A DNA stretch of 57,244 nt, taken from assembly GCA_039801225.1 (NCBI GenBank), contig JBDRUH010000003.1, forward strand, positions 1 through 57,244. The letters are read 5' to 3'. Positions 27,704-35,942 of the stretch are shown in pieces (the first letter of the stretch is position 1; each line of letters opens with the position of its first letter). Under the pieces are notes generated by a model, which was not told the DNA's origin, made no database searches, and worked only from the letters and a program-made list of their open reading frames with translations. This DNA is from a candidate division WOR-3 bacterium. Its GTDB lineage: Bacteria; Hydrothermota; Tepidihabitantia; Tepidihabitantales; Tepidihabitantaceae. The position numbers and the translations under genes are program-made.

Positions 27704-28519
27704 CTAAACGCCTTCAGGGATGGGTAATTTCTGGGGAATAACTGGGAATGGGTCAAGCGGCGGAAGAAGAAACAACTGCTCTACCCGAGTGACATCAACA
27801 AAAGGTTGAGCAAACACCCGTTTAAAAAGTGTCCCTGGCTCATCCCGAATTTCCGTTACCACCCCTACTTTGAGATTTTTAGGGAAAACTCTTCCTAACC
27901 CTGAAGTAAGAATGGTATCACCAACGAGGAAGTCAGCCTCCTTTTTGGCATAGTCTAAAAGAAGCAGCCCATTAGGAGCGGGATGGACAATCGCCAGTTC
28001 ACGAGAGCGGCTATTTGTTACCGCTATCCGGAAGGAAGGTTCAAGAACACTCTGAATAAGCGCCTGATGCTCTCTAACCGCAATTACCCTGCCCACAATA
28101 CCATGAGGGGTCAGGGCAACCGCACCAGTGGTAACAACCTCATCGCCCTCCCAGCTCACCACCAAAAATCGCTGGAGAGTGGTAAAGTCTCGGGCAATTA
28201 CCTCTGCCCGGACAAAAGAAGTGGTATCTTGTTCAAGAGAAAGGGGGGAGGCAAATTTTTGTAAGAGTGTCCGCAGACGGGCATTTTCTAATGCCAACTC
28301 ATTAGCAAGTTTTAACAGACGACGATTTTCCGCATTTTTTTCGGAAAGGGTTAACCTAACTTTAACAATAACCTGGGAAGGAAAAAGAATAACAGTTGAT
28401 AAGGGTTGAATAATTGGCAACTTGGTCCTTACGGGTAACAGAGCAACAACCAGCATCAATAAAATTACCGCCCAAGATAGCCGCTCTCGCCAATTATTAC
28501 CCAATTTACTCGCCATCAT
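27704..28519 (-). CDS. mreC: Rod shape-determining protein MreC
   Basis: TM, coiled coil EN.RL, A.VI.R, GIVGRV and GD.ILTSGLG.VFP motifs. Confidence 0.9.
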   Translation of the reverse strand: MMASKLGNNWRERLSWAVILLMLVVALLPVRTKLPIIQPLSTVILFPSQVIVKVRLTLSEKNAENRRLLKLANELALENARLRTLLQKFASPLSLEQDTTSFVRAEVIARDFTTLQRFLVVSWEGDEVVTTGAVALTPHGIVGRVIAVREHQALIQSVLEPSFRIAVTNSRSRELAIVHPAPNGLLLLDYAKKEADFLVGDTILTSGLGRVFPKNLKVGVVTEIRDEPGTLFKRVFAQPFVDVTRVEQLFLLPPLDPFPVIPQKLPIPEGV

Positions 28520-28588
28520 CGGCAGTCTTAAATTTGTGTTACTTCATAGTAATACATAGTGTGTTTCACCTATCTTTCGTCCCGAGAT

Positions 28589-28611
28589 GTAGGGCAAACC
28601 TTTAGGTTTGC
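28589..28611 (+). repeat. GTAG-type REP-like hairpin gtagg-gcaaacct-tt-aggtttgc
   Basis: 8-bp perfect stem preceded by GTAG, in the mreB-mreC intergenic region. Confidence 0.65.
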
Positions 28612-28675
28612 TTCTCTTTAGAAACTTATAGTGTCGTTTAACCAAAAACTAAGAACCAAAAATGAGACCTAAGAC

Positions 28676-29719
28676 TCATTTGGTGCGTAAAATTAGTTTC
28701 TGATGCAAACCAATGTTCTCAAGAACTCTTCCCGCCCCTCGGACAACACTTTCAATCGGATTTTCTGCCAGATACACTGGCAGATTGGTCTCCTCTTTAA
28801 CCAAAAGGTCAAGCCCGCGCAGTAAGGAGCCACCACCGCACATATAAATTCCTCGGTCAACAATGTCAGCGGCCAGTTCGGGTGGCGTCTTTTCTAAGGC
28901 GAGGCGAATCGCATCAACAATCAGCGATATTGGCTCCTCTAACGCCTCACGAACTTTGGTGGAGGTTATCTTTATTGTTTTGGGGATTCCGGAGACCAGG
29001 TCTCTTCCTTTCACCTCCATTGTCTCCTCAGCCCCAGTAGCATAAGCAGAACCAATGGCAATCTTAATATTTTCTGCGGTTTGTTCACCAATAATGAGAT
29101 TGTAGTTCTTTTTCACATAGTTGATAATCGCCTCATCCATTTCATCTCCGCCCACCCGGATGGAATTAACATTTACCACTCCGGAAAGCGCCACCACCGC
29201 AATTTCGGTTGTCCCGCCGCCGATGTCAATTATCATATTTCCAGTCGGTGCCTCAACCGGCAAACCTACGCCAATTGCGGCAGCAACCGGTTCGGATATA
29301 AGATAAATCTCCCGGGCACCAGATGCCTCAACCGAATCCCGCACCGCCCTTTTTTCCACCTCAGTAATCCCGGAAGGCACACAGACAATAACTCGCGGAC
29401 GCACAAAAAGTTTCTTCCGCTGAACCATATTGATAAAGGTCCTGAGCATTATCTCCACCATCCCAAAATCGGCAATTACCCCATCCTTCATCGGACGCAC
29501 CGCCCGAATCCCCTCTGGAGTTCTACCTAACATCCGCTTTGCCTCAGTGCCCACCGCCACCACCTCGTGGTTTACATCATCCACCGCCACGATTGAAGGC
29601 TCCCGCAGTTCAATCCCTTTACCTTTTACATAAATCAAGGTAGAAGAGGTGCCCAGGTCTATGGCAATGTAGTTATTAAAACGCTCGGTAATACCCCGAA
29701 AAAAAGAACCAATTGTCAC
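28676..29719 (-). CDS. mreB: Rod shape-determining protein MreB
   Basis: IDLGT, EPS.VA, RPMKDGVIADF, EP.AAAIG, DIGGGTT and GGG.LL motifs. Confidence 0.98.
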   Translation of the reverse strand: MTIGSFFRGITERFNNYIAIDLGTSSTLIYVKGKGIELREPSIVAVDDVNHEVVAVGTEAKRMLGRTPEGIRAVRPMKDGVIADFGMVEIMLRTFINMVQRKKLFVRPRVIVCVPSGITEVEKRAVRDSVEASGAREIYLISEPVAAAIGVGLPVEAPTGNMIIDIGGGTTEIAVVALSGVVNVNSIRVGGDEMDEAIINYVKKNYNLIIGEQTAENIKIAIGSAYATGAEETMEVKGRDLVSGIPKTIKITSTKVREALEEPISLIVDAIRLALEKTPPELAADIVDRGIYMCGGGSLLRGLDLLVKEETNLPVYLAENPIESVVRGAGRVLENIGLHQKLILRTK

Positions 29720-29725
29720 AGAAAA

Positions 29726-29754
29726 AGCCTAATCCAAACTATGGATTAAGTCAA
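29726..29754 (-). promoter_or_regulatory. mreB promoter TTGACT-17-TAGGCT, 6 nt before GTG; the spacer contains inverted repeat taatcca-N5-tggatta
   Basis: Read from sequence at 29730-29748. Confidence 0.55.
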
Positions 29755-29801
29755 GAATCGGCTATATCAGCTCCTACTAACCGTAAATGCAACCCGATGT
29801 T

Positions 29802-30620
29802 CTATTTGGTCCCGATTTTCAGCGTCTCTTTCAATCGGGATTGTGCGCGGTAAAATTTTCGCTGACAAGATTCACTTTTCCGCAGATACCCGGTTGCCAC
29901 ATTTCCCTTTATCTCAAAGTCTGCCTCATTCCCATCCCTCAGCGAATTTACCGCCTTTTCCCAGGCATCAAAAAAAGCCTCCTGGTTTACCATTACTTCA
30001 GTAACGAAATTCCAATACTCCCGCGCTACCGCATAAATACCATTTACCCGTAAACCAACCCATCCCGGACTTCTGCTCATACCTCTCAATTTTTCCATCT
30101 CTCTCCGAACAACCTCCACCATAGTTTTTGCGCTCTCACTAACTAAACGCGCTACCTTTATACCTTCAAGCATCTCATCAATTTTGCTTTTGTTTGTTTC
30201 CCCCAAATAGACCAGCGCCGACGCCCTTCGCCATTGAGCAAAGGCAATATTGACACTTGAGTCAATTAACCGTCCGCTTAACAGCGCCTGGGTGAAAATC
30301 TCATTTTCAACATTTTCATTCATTTCTGGGGAAGTGGTGGACTTTTGCTGAGACGGAACAGGAGTCTCGGTCACCGGTCTTTTTTCCAATGTTTGAGTTA
30401 AATTTTGTCTTTTATACTGAGACCACCTTGGTGGAAAAATAATCAACCACACCAAAGATCCAGCAAGTAATAGAAAAGTTATCCAGAGCGTTATCCTTCG
30501 GAAACGGGCAAGTCTAACGAGTCTCTTTTGGTCCGGCTTAAATTCCAACTTTACGGGCGGCTCATTTCCTGAAGAACCGCTTTGATTCTCCTGTGAACGA
30601 ATACCGTTATCTTGAGTCAT
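29802..30620 (-). CDS. Hypothetical single-TM protein with helical soluble domain
   Basis: 272-aa ORF with one TM; its own TTGACA-17-TATTCT promoter (30635-30663). Confidence 0.7.
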   Translation of the reverse strand: MTQDNGIRSQENQSGSSGNEPPVKLEFKPDQKRLVRLARFRRITLWITFLLLAGSLVWLIIFPPRWSQYKRQNLTQTLEKRPVTETPVPSQQKSTTSPEMNENVENEIFTQALLSGRLIDSSVNIAFAQWRRASALVYLGETNKSKIDEMLEGIKVARLVSESAKTMVEVVRREMEKLRGMSRSPGWVGLRVNGIYAVAREYWNFVTEVMVNQEAFFDAWEKAVNSLRDGNEADFEIKGNVATGYLRKSESCQRKFYRAQSRLKETLKIGTK

Positions 30621-30816
30621 TTGCCAATAAGCAAAGAATATTCTTGATCGGGTATTTTGTCAACAGCCTTATCACCATCTTGTGGATCCCCAAGGAAAAT
30701 GTCGTATTGACACTTTCTAAAACGTAAAACCTACCCTATCTTAATATATGGTGAAAGCAGGAAAGGCATATTCAACACGCTTGCCGATATTAAAAAACTT
30801 TGTCTGGAAGAGTGAA

Positions 30817-31128
30817 CCTGAATTCAAACCAAGTTCAGATTTTTCTCTTATTCTAATATTAAAACTTCATCTGGTTTCTAAACTATATGCAACTTATCTT
30901 TTTACCGTTCTTGTTAAAAAAGATTTTAGGACCCTTTTCAGCCTTCTTTTAAGTTCTGAACTTAGAGTTGAATGAAAAGCCACTCCTGAAAACCTATTTA
31001 GACATCTTCTCTCAGCCATCCCTCCATTTATTTTTCCTATTGAACCTAAACAAGATTTTAACATCAAACTTAGCAACAAGCCTAAAACCTGTTCAACAAA
31101 CGATTTTACCACCTAAGCGGTAGGGGGA
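30817..31128 (+). repeat. Degenerate 12-nt-period array, 26 units (YYtA + 8 variable nt)
   Basis: Hand count: position 1 pyrimidine 23/26, position 2 pyrimidine 25/26, position 4 A 18/26. Confidence 0.75.
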
Positions 31129-31319
31129 ACAGCCCCAAGAAAAATCTGTCTTCAAATTAAGTTACTTAATTACGATACTTAACTCAAATTTAGCCATCAG
31201 AATTTTGTGTATATATAACTCCACTTAGCCTTAAACCACCTCTCCCTTGCCTGCTCCTTGCTCCGTGTTTCCTCGCTCCGTTCGGAACAAAGCATTGCAC
31301 AGAATCGTGCCCGTTTCCG

Positions 31320-31470
31320 GGCGAGCCCCCGGCTCCGTCATTCCGAGCTTGTCGAGGAATCCCTTTCGGCTACGCTTTTCAAATCGGGTCTGTTCGGCTC
31401 GGTGTAGGCTCCACGAAGCAATCTCCTCCGCCCTCTGCCATTGTGAGCCCCGAAGGGGCGTAGTAATCTC
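31320..31470 (+). repeat. Cluster of RPE/REP-like palindromic modules
   Basis: ggctccgtcattccgagcttgtcgaggaatccctttc matches the reverse complement of 50393-50430; also cgaagcaatctc and gccattgtgagccccgaaggggcgtagtaatctc. Confidence 0.8.
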
Positions 31471-31530
31471 AGTTTTTTTCAACATAAACATAAGTGATGA
31501 GGGCAAGGGTTTAGCCAACAACAAAATATG

Positions 31531-31558
31531 TTAGGAACAATTCCTGAATTGCCCCTAC
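31531..31558. repeat. Degenerate GTAG-type REP hairpin (ttaggaacaattcctgaattgcccctac)
   Basis: caattc-ct-gaattg stem, ending in gcccctac (GTAGGGGC on the minus strand). Confidence 0.55.
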
Positions 31559-31664
31559 TCAGACAGGGTGACCTACTTGCATAAAAATCAAAATCTGACA
31601 AATTTATTTGACTTATACAGTTGACCTGTCTATCAGGAATATTATACTAAGATTGGAGATTTTT

Positions 31665-31877
31665 ATGAAATACCGAGTGATTATTGAGCAGGATGAAGAT
31701 GGCATCTTTGTCGCTCAGTGCCCGACCTTGCCCGGTTGTGTGTCGCAAGGCAAGACGCGGGAGCAGGCACTGGCAAACATTAAGGATGCGATTCAGGGGT
31801 ATCTCGCCAGTCTTGTCAAACATAACGAGCCCGTTCCACCACCGATTAGCGAAGAAGTGATTGAGGTAGCGGTCTGA
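31665..31877 (+). CDS. hicB: HicB-family antitoxin, short form (start ATG 31665)
   Basis: Y.VIIEQDEDG.FVA.CP.LPGC.SQG.T.E.AL.NI.DAI motif; GGAG SD; TTGACC-16-TATACT upstream. Confidence 0.92.
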   Translation: MKYRVIIEQDEDGIFVAQCPTLPGCVSQGKTREQALANIKDAIQGYLASLVKHNEPVPPPISEEVIEVAV

Positions 31878-32098
31878 GTAAACTGCCGGTTGTATCGGGT
31901 CGGGATGCAGTCAAGGCATTCCGAAAACTGGGCTATGAGGTTGACCATCAGACCGGTAGCCACATCATTTTGAGACAGGTGAATCCGCCATATCGCCGTC
32001 TGTCCATTCCTGACCATGAAGAACCCGCTAAAGGCACGCTCCGGGCACTCATTCGCGAGTCCGGACTGACTGTCAATCAGTTCCTTGCCCTACTTTAG
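31874..32098 (+). CDS. hicA: HicA-family mRNA interferase toxin, 74 aa, CTG start; missing from the ORF track
   Basis: Hand translation gives (M)SKLPVVSGRDAVKAFRKLGYEVDHQTGSHIILRQVNPPYRRLSIPDHEEPAKGTLRALIRESGLTVNQFLALL*, with the GSH catalytic motif. Confidence 0.9.
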   Translation: MSKLPVVSGRDAVKAFRKLGYEVDHQTGSHIILRQVNPPYRRLSIPDHEEPAKGTLRALIRESGLTVNQFLALL

Positions 32099-32281
32099 TT
32101 TGTACGCGGTGATTGATTGGATGTTGCAGTCAAACTAATCGCTCTGCCCGGTGAAGAGGCGCTGGTGGTTAAGACGGTTTAGTCAATCTTTAGTTCGCAG
32201 CCATACCAATTTTCCGATTCGCCGGGAGAGAATTCCCGGGTGCCTTAATTTGCCTTGGGTGATAAAGCGGTTACAATATAA

Positions 32282-34183
32282 TTGGTGATTAATGAATTTC
32301 CCCAGAACTCCAGACGCTCGCCAATGAAGCAATTGCTAACGGGGATGATAAAATTTTTTACCAGGAGTTTTCACTGGCTCGGTATCGGCGCAATTTTGTG
32401 GCTGGTTCTACGGTCGGCGACCAAGCCGAGCCGAATCCGCTACCCTTGCCAGCAGGCCGCAGCCGGAACCAGCGCCTTCTGGTTGAGCGCATTTGTCCTT
32501 CCCGGCATCCGGCGGGGTCTGAGAGCAATTGGGTTGAAGTTTCCTGAAATCCAATTGAACCGTCTGGTTCGAGGTCTACTTCTAATTGGAACACTTTCTG
32601 GCACCACCTTGTTTCTTTTTACCCGGCTCATTGTTCAGAATTCACCTATCGTCCGACCAGTTCAACCAGACAGATATTTTAGCCTGCCGGTCTGGGTTTC
32701 TGACCATCCTCAAGCGTCCCACATATTCGTAATTGACAGTTTCCCGATCCCCGATAGCAACGCCATTTATCACGAGGGTCTGGACTCGCTATTTTCGCTT
32801 TTGGCTCAGAACGGCATCTACCTCTATCGCTCCACTAAGCCCTTGCCCTGGTGCGACACCACAGGCATCATCGCTAAAAATGATGTGGTGCTCATTAAAG
32901 TGAATGCCGAATGGCCGGCTCGGGGGATGACCAACACCGACCTAATAAAAGGTCTAATTGCCCGCATCGTCGCCCATCCCGACACCTTCACCGGTGAGGT
33001 TCAACTGGTTGAGAACGGTCAGTGGCAGCACTCCTGGCAGTATTCACAGAATAATGCGGAAAGGCGGTCTCAGACGATGCAGAGCGTGGTTGACCTTTTT
33101 GCCGGTCAAGGCTATTGTGTGGGCGCATACAACTGGACCGCAATCGGTTATTACGGCAACAACCGCTGGGTAAATGAGTTCGCTCAAGGCGATACCGTTT
33201 CTGGCTATATCCGTGAGGACTCAACCGGAATGACCTATCCTAAGTTCGTGACCTCTTATGGCACCTGCATCTCCACCCGGCTCGGCATCTGGAATGGCAC
33301 CGATTACGAGCCGGAGCGTTTGAAGTTCATCAATATGCCGGTACTCAAATCCCACAACGGTATGGGCGTTACCGCATCGGTTAAACACTACATTGGGTTT
33401 CTCTCCTATGCCGCGATTGGCAGTGGCGTTATGCACCAGCAGGTAATGACACAAGGTCTTCTGGGCGTTGAGTTTGGTAAAGCCCGTTTTCCGGACCTGA
33501 ACATTATTGACGCCACCTGGGTAAGCGCCGAAATTACCACCGGTCCGGATGCCCCTTATAATATGTGCACCCGGCTCAACACCCTAATTGCCTCACAAGA
33601 CCCGATTGCCGCTGACTATTATGCGGGTAAATATGTGCTCCGACCGGTAAGTTGGTGGAATGGACACCCCTGGCTGCATAACTACGACCGGATGGACCCG
33701 GACAATCTGAACAACGAGAACCCGGGCAACGGTCACCCCTATTCCGACTCAACACCCTGCCACGGCTTTCCCTATAACGCATTTCACCAGATGCTTGTTT
33801 CCAGTCGTGACGAGATGCTCCGCTATGGACGGCAGGTTACTATGGACACCACCGAAATGACCGTGCATCTGTTTCGCTTTCCCCAAGTAGGGATTGAGGA
33901 ACGGCAGAGCAAAACAAGAAGAACCATCGGACAGTTTTCGGTTGCTCTGAACCCGACCAAAGGCACAATCAGAATTACCTATGAACTTGCCAGACCCGGT
34001 CCGGTTCGGTTACGGCTGCTCTCTGATGATGGTCGGCTGGTTGCAACACTCTCACCGGGAAGGGTATCAGCCGGTAAGCACAGCTTGGAGTGGAATCAAG
34101 AGATTGCACCCGGCACATATTTTCTAAACTTGGAATCAGGAGAAGGCATTAGGTCGCAAAAAATTGTTATTGCCAGCCACTAA
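32282..34183 (+). CDS. DUF362-domain protein with C-terminal T9SS type-A-like sorting domain (start uncertain)
   Basis: KPSR..YPCQ.AA N-terminal motif; V.IKVN, N.PVLKSH..MGVT...K.Y.G and DP.A.D DUF362 motifs; C-terminal VGIEE...NP...I.Y.L...G.YF...KIVI. Confidence 0.75.
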   Translation: MVINEFPQNSRRSPMKQLLTGMIKFFTRSFHWLGIGAILWLVLRSATKPSRIRYPCQQAAAGTSAFWLSAFVLPGIRRGLRAIGLKFPEIQLNRLVRGLLLIGTLSGTTLFLFTRLIVQNSPIVRPVQPDRYFSLPVWVSDHPQASHIFVIDSFPIPDSNAIYHEGLDSLFSLLAQNGIYLYRSTKPLPWCDTTGIIAKNDVVLIKVNAEWPARGMTNTDLIKGLIARIVAHPDTFTGEVQLVENGQWQHSWQYSQNNAERRSQTMQSVVDLFAGQGYCVGAYNWTAIGYYGNNRWVNEFAQGDTVSGYIREDSTGMTYPKFVTSYGTCISTRLGIWNGTDYEPERLKFINMPVLKSHNGMGVTASVKHYIGFLSYAAIGSGVMHQQVMTQGLLGVEFGKARFPDLNIIDATWVSAEITTGPDAPYNMCTRLNTLIASQDPIAADYYAGKYVLRPVSWWNGHPWLHNYDRMDPDNLNNENPGNGHPYSDSTPCHGFPYNAFHQMLVSSRDEMLRYGRQVTMDTTEMTVHLFRFPQVGIEERQSKTRRTIGQFSVALNPTKGTIRITYELARPGPVRLRLLSDDGRLVATLSPGRVSAGKHSLEWNQEIAPGTYFLNLESGEGIRSQKIVIASH

Positions 34184-34426
34184 TTCCACTTTAAGATTAT
34201 CAACTTTGCCCCGCTGTACATATTACAGTCAAAATTTACAACTGTCAGCGCGTGCTATTTTGGCACCAAGATATGTAATTGCATTCAAAAACAGTGCAGA
34301 GAACTAAAAAATCAAACCTAGCCAAGCCAAAATTAGCCGTGTTGGCAGGATGTGGTCTTTGGTTCTCCATAATAAACCAAAAACTAAAACCACTAAACGG
34401 TAACATATTTTGACGATATCGTATTA

Positions 34427-34454
34427 TTGACAGGCAGATTGAAAGGTATATAAT
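34427..34454 (+). promoter_or_regulatory. Consensus promoter TTGACA-16-TATAAT for rpsM
   Basis: Both hexamers are perfect. Confidence 0.8.
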
Positions 34455-34507
34455 TATTAATGTTCAGACTAAAGTTTTGAAAAGAAATTAATTTATCAGG
34501 AGGATAA

Positions 34508-34900
34508 GTGGCTCGTATTGTTGGCGTTGACCTGCCAGATGGCAAGAAAGTTATATATGCCCTGCCCATTATTTATGGCATAGGGCTATCGTCGGCTCAG
34601 AAGATCTTAGCCGCCACCAAGATAGACCCTAATAAACGGGTCGGTGAGTTGTCGGATGAAGAATTGGCGGCTCTCCGTAAGGAGATTGAGAGTAATTATA
34701 AGGTGGAAGGTGAACTGCGCGCCGAGGTAACGGCAAACATTAAGCGCTTGATAGAAATCGGTTGCTATCGCGGACTCCGGCATAGAGCAAGGCTCCCGGT
34801 ACGCGGACAGAGAACAAGAACAAACGCCCGGACGAGGAAGGGACCGCGTAAGACCTCCGGAGTGATTAAGGTAAAAGCCGCACCCCCACCGAAAGGTTAA
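34508..34900 (+). CDS. rpsM: 30S ribosomal protein S13
   Basis: [14 protein letters not shown] and YRGLRH...[17 protein letters not shown] motifs. Confidence 0.98.
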   Translation: MARIVGVDLPDGKKVIYALPIIYGIGLSSAQKILAATKIDPNKRVGELSDEELAALRKEIESNYKVEGELRAEVTANIKRLIEIGCYRGLRHRARLPVRGQRTRTNARTRKGPRKTSGVIKVKAAPPPKG

Positions 34901-34903
34901 AAT

Positions 34904-35278
34904 ATGGCAAAGAAATCCTCGCGAAAAAAGGCCGCGCCGGTATGTATTGCTCACATTACGGCATCTTTTAATAACACCCTAGTTACTATTGCTGAACCAA
35001 ATGGAGAGGTAATCTGCTGGTCTTCTGCCGGACGCGTGGGATTTAAGGGAACCAAGAAGGGAACTCCTTATGCTGCAGCGCAGGCAGGTGAGAATGCCGG
35101 CAAAGAAGCGGTGGCGCTCGGTGTCCGGAAAGTGGAAGTGAAAATCAAAGGTCCGGGACCGGGACGGGAAGCGGTGATTCGTTCTCTGCAGAATGCCGGA
35201 CTGGATATAATCTCAATTGAAGATGTTACGCCTATTCCTCATAACGGCTGCCGACCTCCGAAACAGCGTCGGGTATAG
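34904..35278 (+). CDS. rpsK: 30S ribosomal protein S11
   Basis: SFNNT, GFKG..K.TPYAA and [17 protein letters not shown] motifs. Confidence 0.98.
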   Translation: MAKKSSRKKAAPVCIAHITASFNNTLVTIAEPNGEVICWSSAGRVGFKGTKKGTPYAAAQAGENAGKEAVALGVRKVEVKIKGPGPGREAVIRSLQNAGLDIISIEDVTPIPHNGCRPPKQRRV

Positions 35279-35285
35279 GGGTTTG

Positions 35286-35313
35286 TTGACACTTCGTAAA
35301 ATAATTTTATAAT
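35286..35313 (+). promoter_or_regulatory. Internal consensus promoter TTGACA-16-TATAAT before rpsD
   Basis: Both hexamers are perfect; 14 nt to the ATG, no SD. Confidence 0.75.
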
Positions 35314-35327
35314 CACTGATAAATCAT

Positions 35328-35942
35328 ATGGCAAGAGATATCGGTCCTAAATGCAAAAGGTGCCGCCGCGCCCGAGAAAAGCTTTTTCTCCGCGGCATTA
35401 AGTGTCTCTCCGACAAATGCATCCTGATCAAGAGAGGCGAAGATTCTGGAAAAACCGGCGGACGACGGATTTCTGCTTACGCCATTCAGTTGCGCGAGAA
35501 ACAAAAGTTAAGAATGATGTACGGAATTCTGGAAACCCAGTTCCGCAATTACTTTGCCCGCGCAGCAAGGAGCAAAAATACCGCTGCGGCACTTTTGATT
35601 TCCCTGGAAAGGCGGCTGGATAATGTCGTATTTCGGCTTGGTTTTGCCGACTCCCGTGCCCAGGCGCGGCAATTGGTTCGCCATGGTCACATTACCGTTG
35701 ATGGTAAAAGGGTAGACCTTCCTTCCTACCAGGTAAAGGCTGGACAGGTAATTGCCGTCGCTACCGAAAAAGGGAAAAAGACGGTCCAAGCAATCGTTGC
35801 CAATAAGGAGTCGCCGGTAGTTCCGTGGCTCAGTGTTAACACTCAACAGCTTTCTGGGCAGATACTTAGGTTGCCCAATATGGATGATGTCAAGGATGTG
35901 CCGTGTAATATGCAGTTAATTGTGGAGTTTTATTCAAAATGA
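35328..35942 (+). CDS. rpsD: 30S ribosomal protein S4 (Cys-containing zinc form)
   Basis: CKRCRR...KC...KC, QLREKQK, LERRLDNVVFRLG and ARQLV.HGH motifs. Confidence 0.98.
   Translation: MARDIGPKCKRCRRAREKLFLRGIKCLSDKCILIKRGEDSGKTGGRRISAYAIQLREKQKLRMMYGILETQFRNYFARAARSKNTAAALLISLERRLDNVVFRLGFADSRAQARQLVRHGHITVDGKRVDLPSYQVKAGQVIAVATEKGKKTVQAIVANKESPVVPWLSVNTQQLSGQILRLPNMDDVKDVPCNMQLIVEFYSK

Noticed and set aside
30748..31112. 75-aa and 72-aa ORFs over array 1
   Set aside because: No recognisable family and the periodicity continues through their stop codons. Not called as CDS, although short peptides cannot be excluded.
30817..31128. CRISPR or TIGR array interpretation of the 12-nt arrays
   Set aside because: No 20-40-nt conserved repeats, no alternating 36-nt dual-repeat unit, and no cas or Nop-domain gene in the window. 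Kept only as an unexplained periodic array.
31231..31534. Overlapping 97-aa and 95-aa ORFs
   Set aside because: Composed of palindromic repeat modules, open on both strands, with no recognisable domain.
34214..34280. LexA box (ctgtacatattacag) or sigma54 promoter (tggcac...)
   Set aside because: Spacing is CTGT-N7-ACAG rather than N8, and the GG-N10-GC rule is not met.
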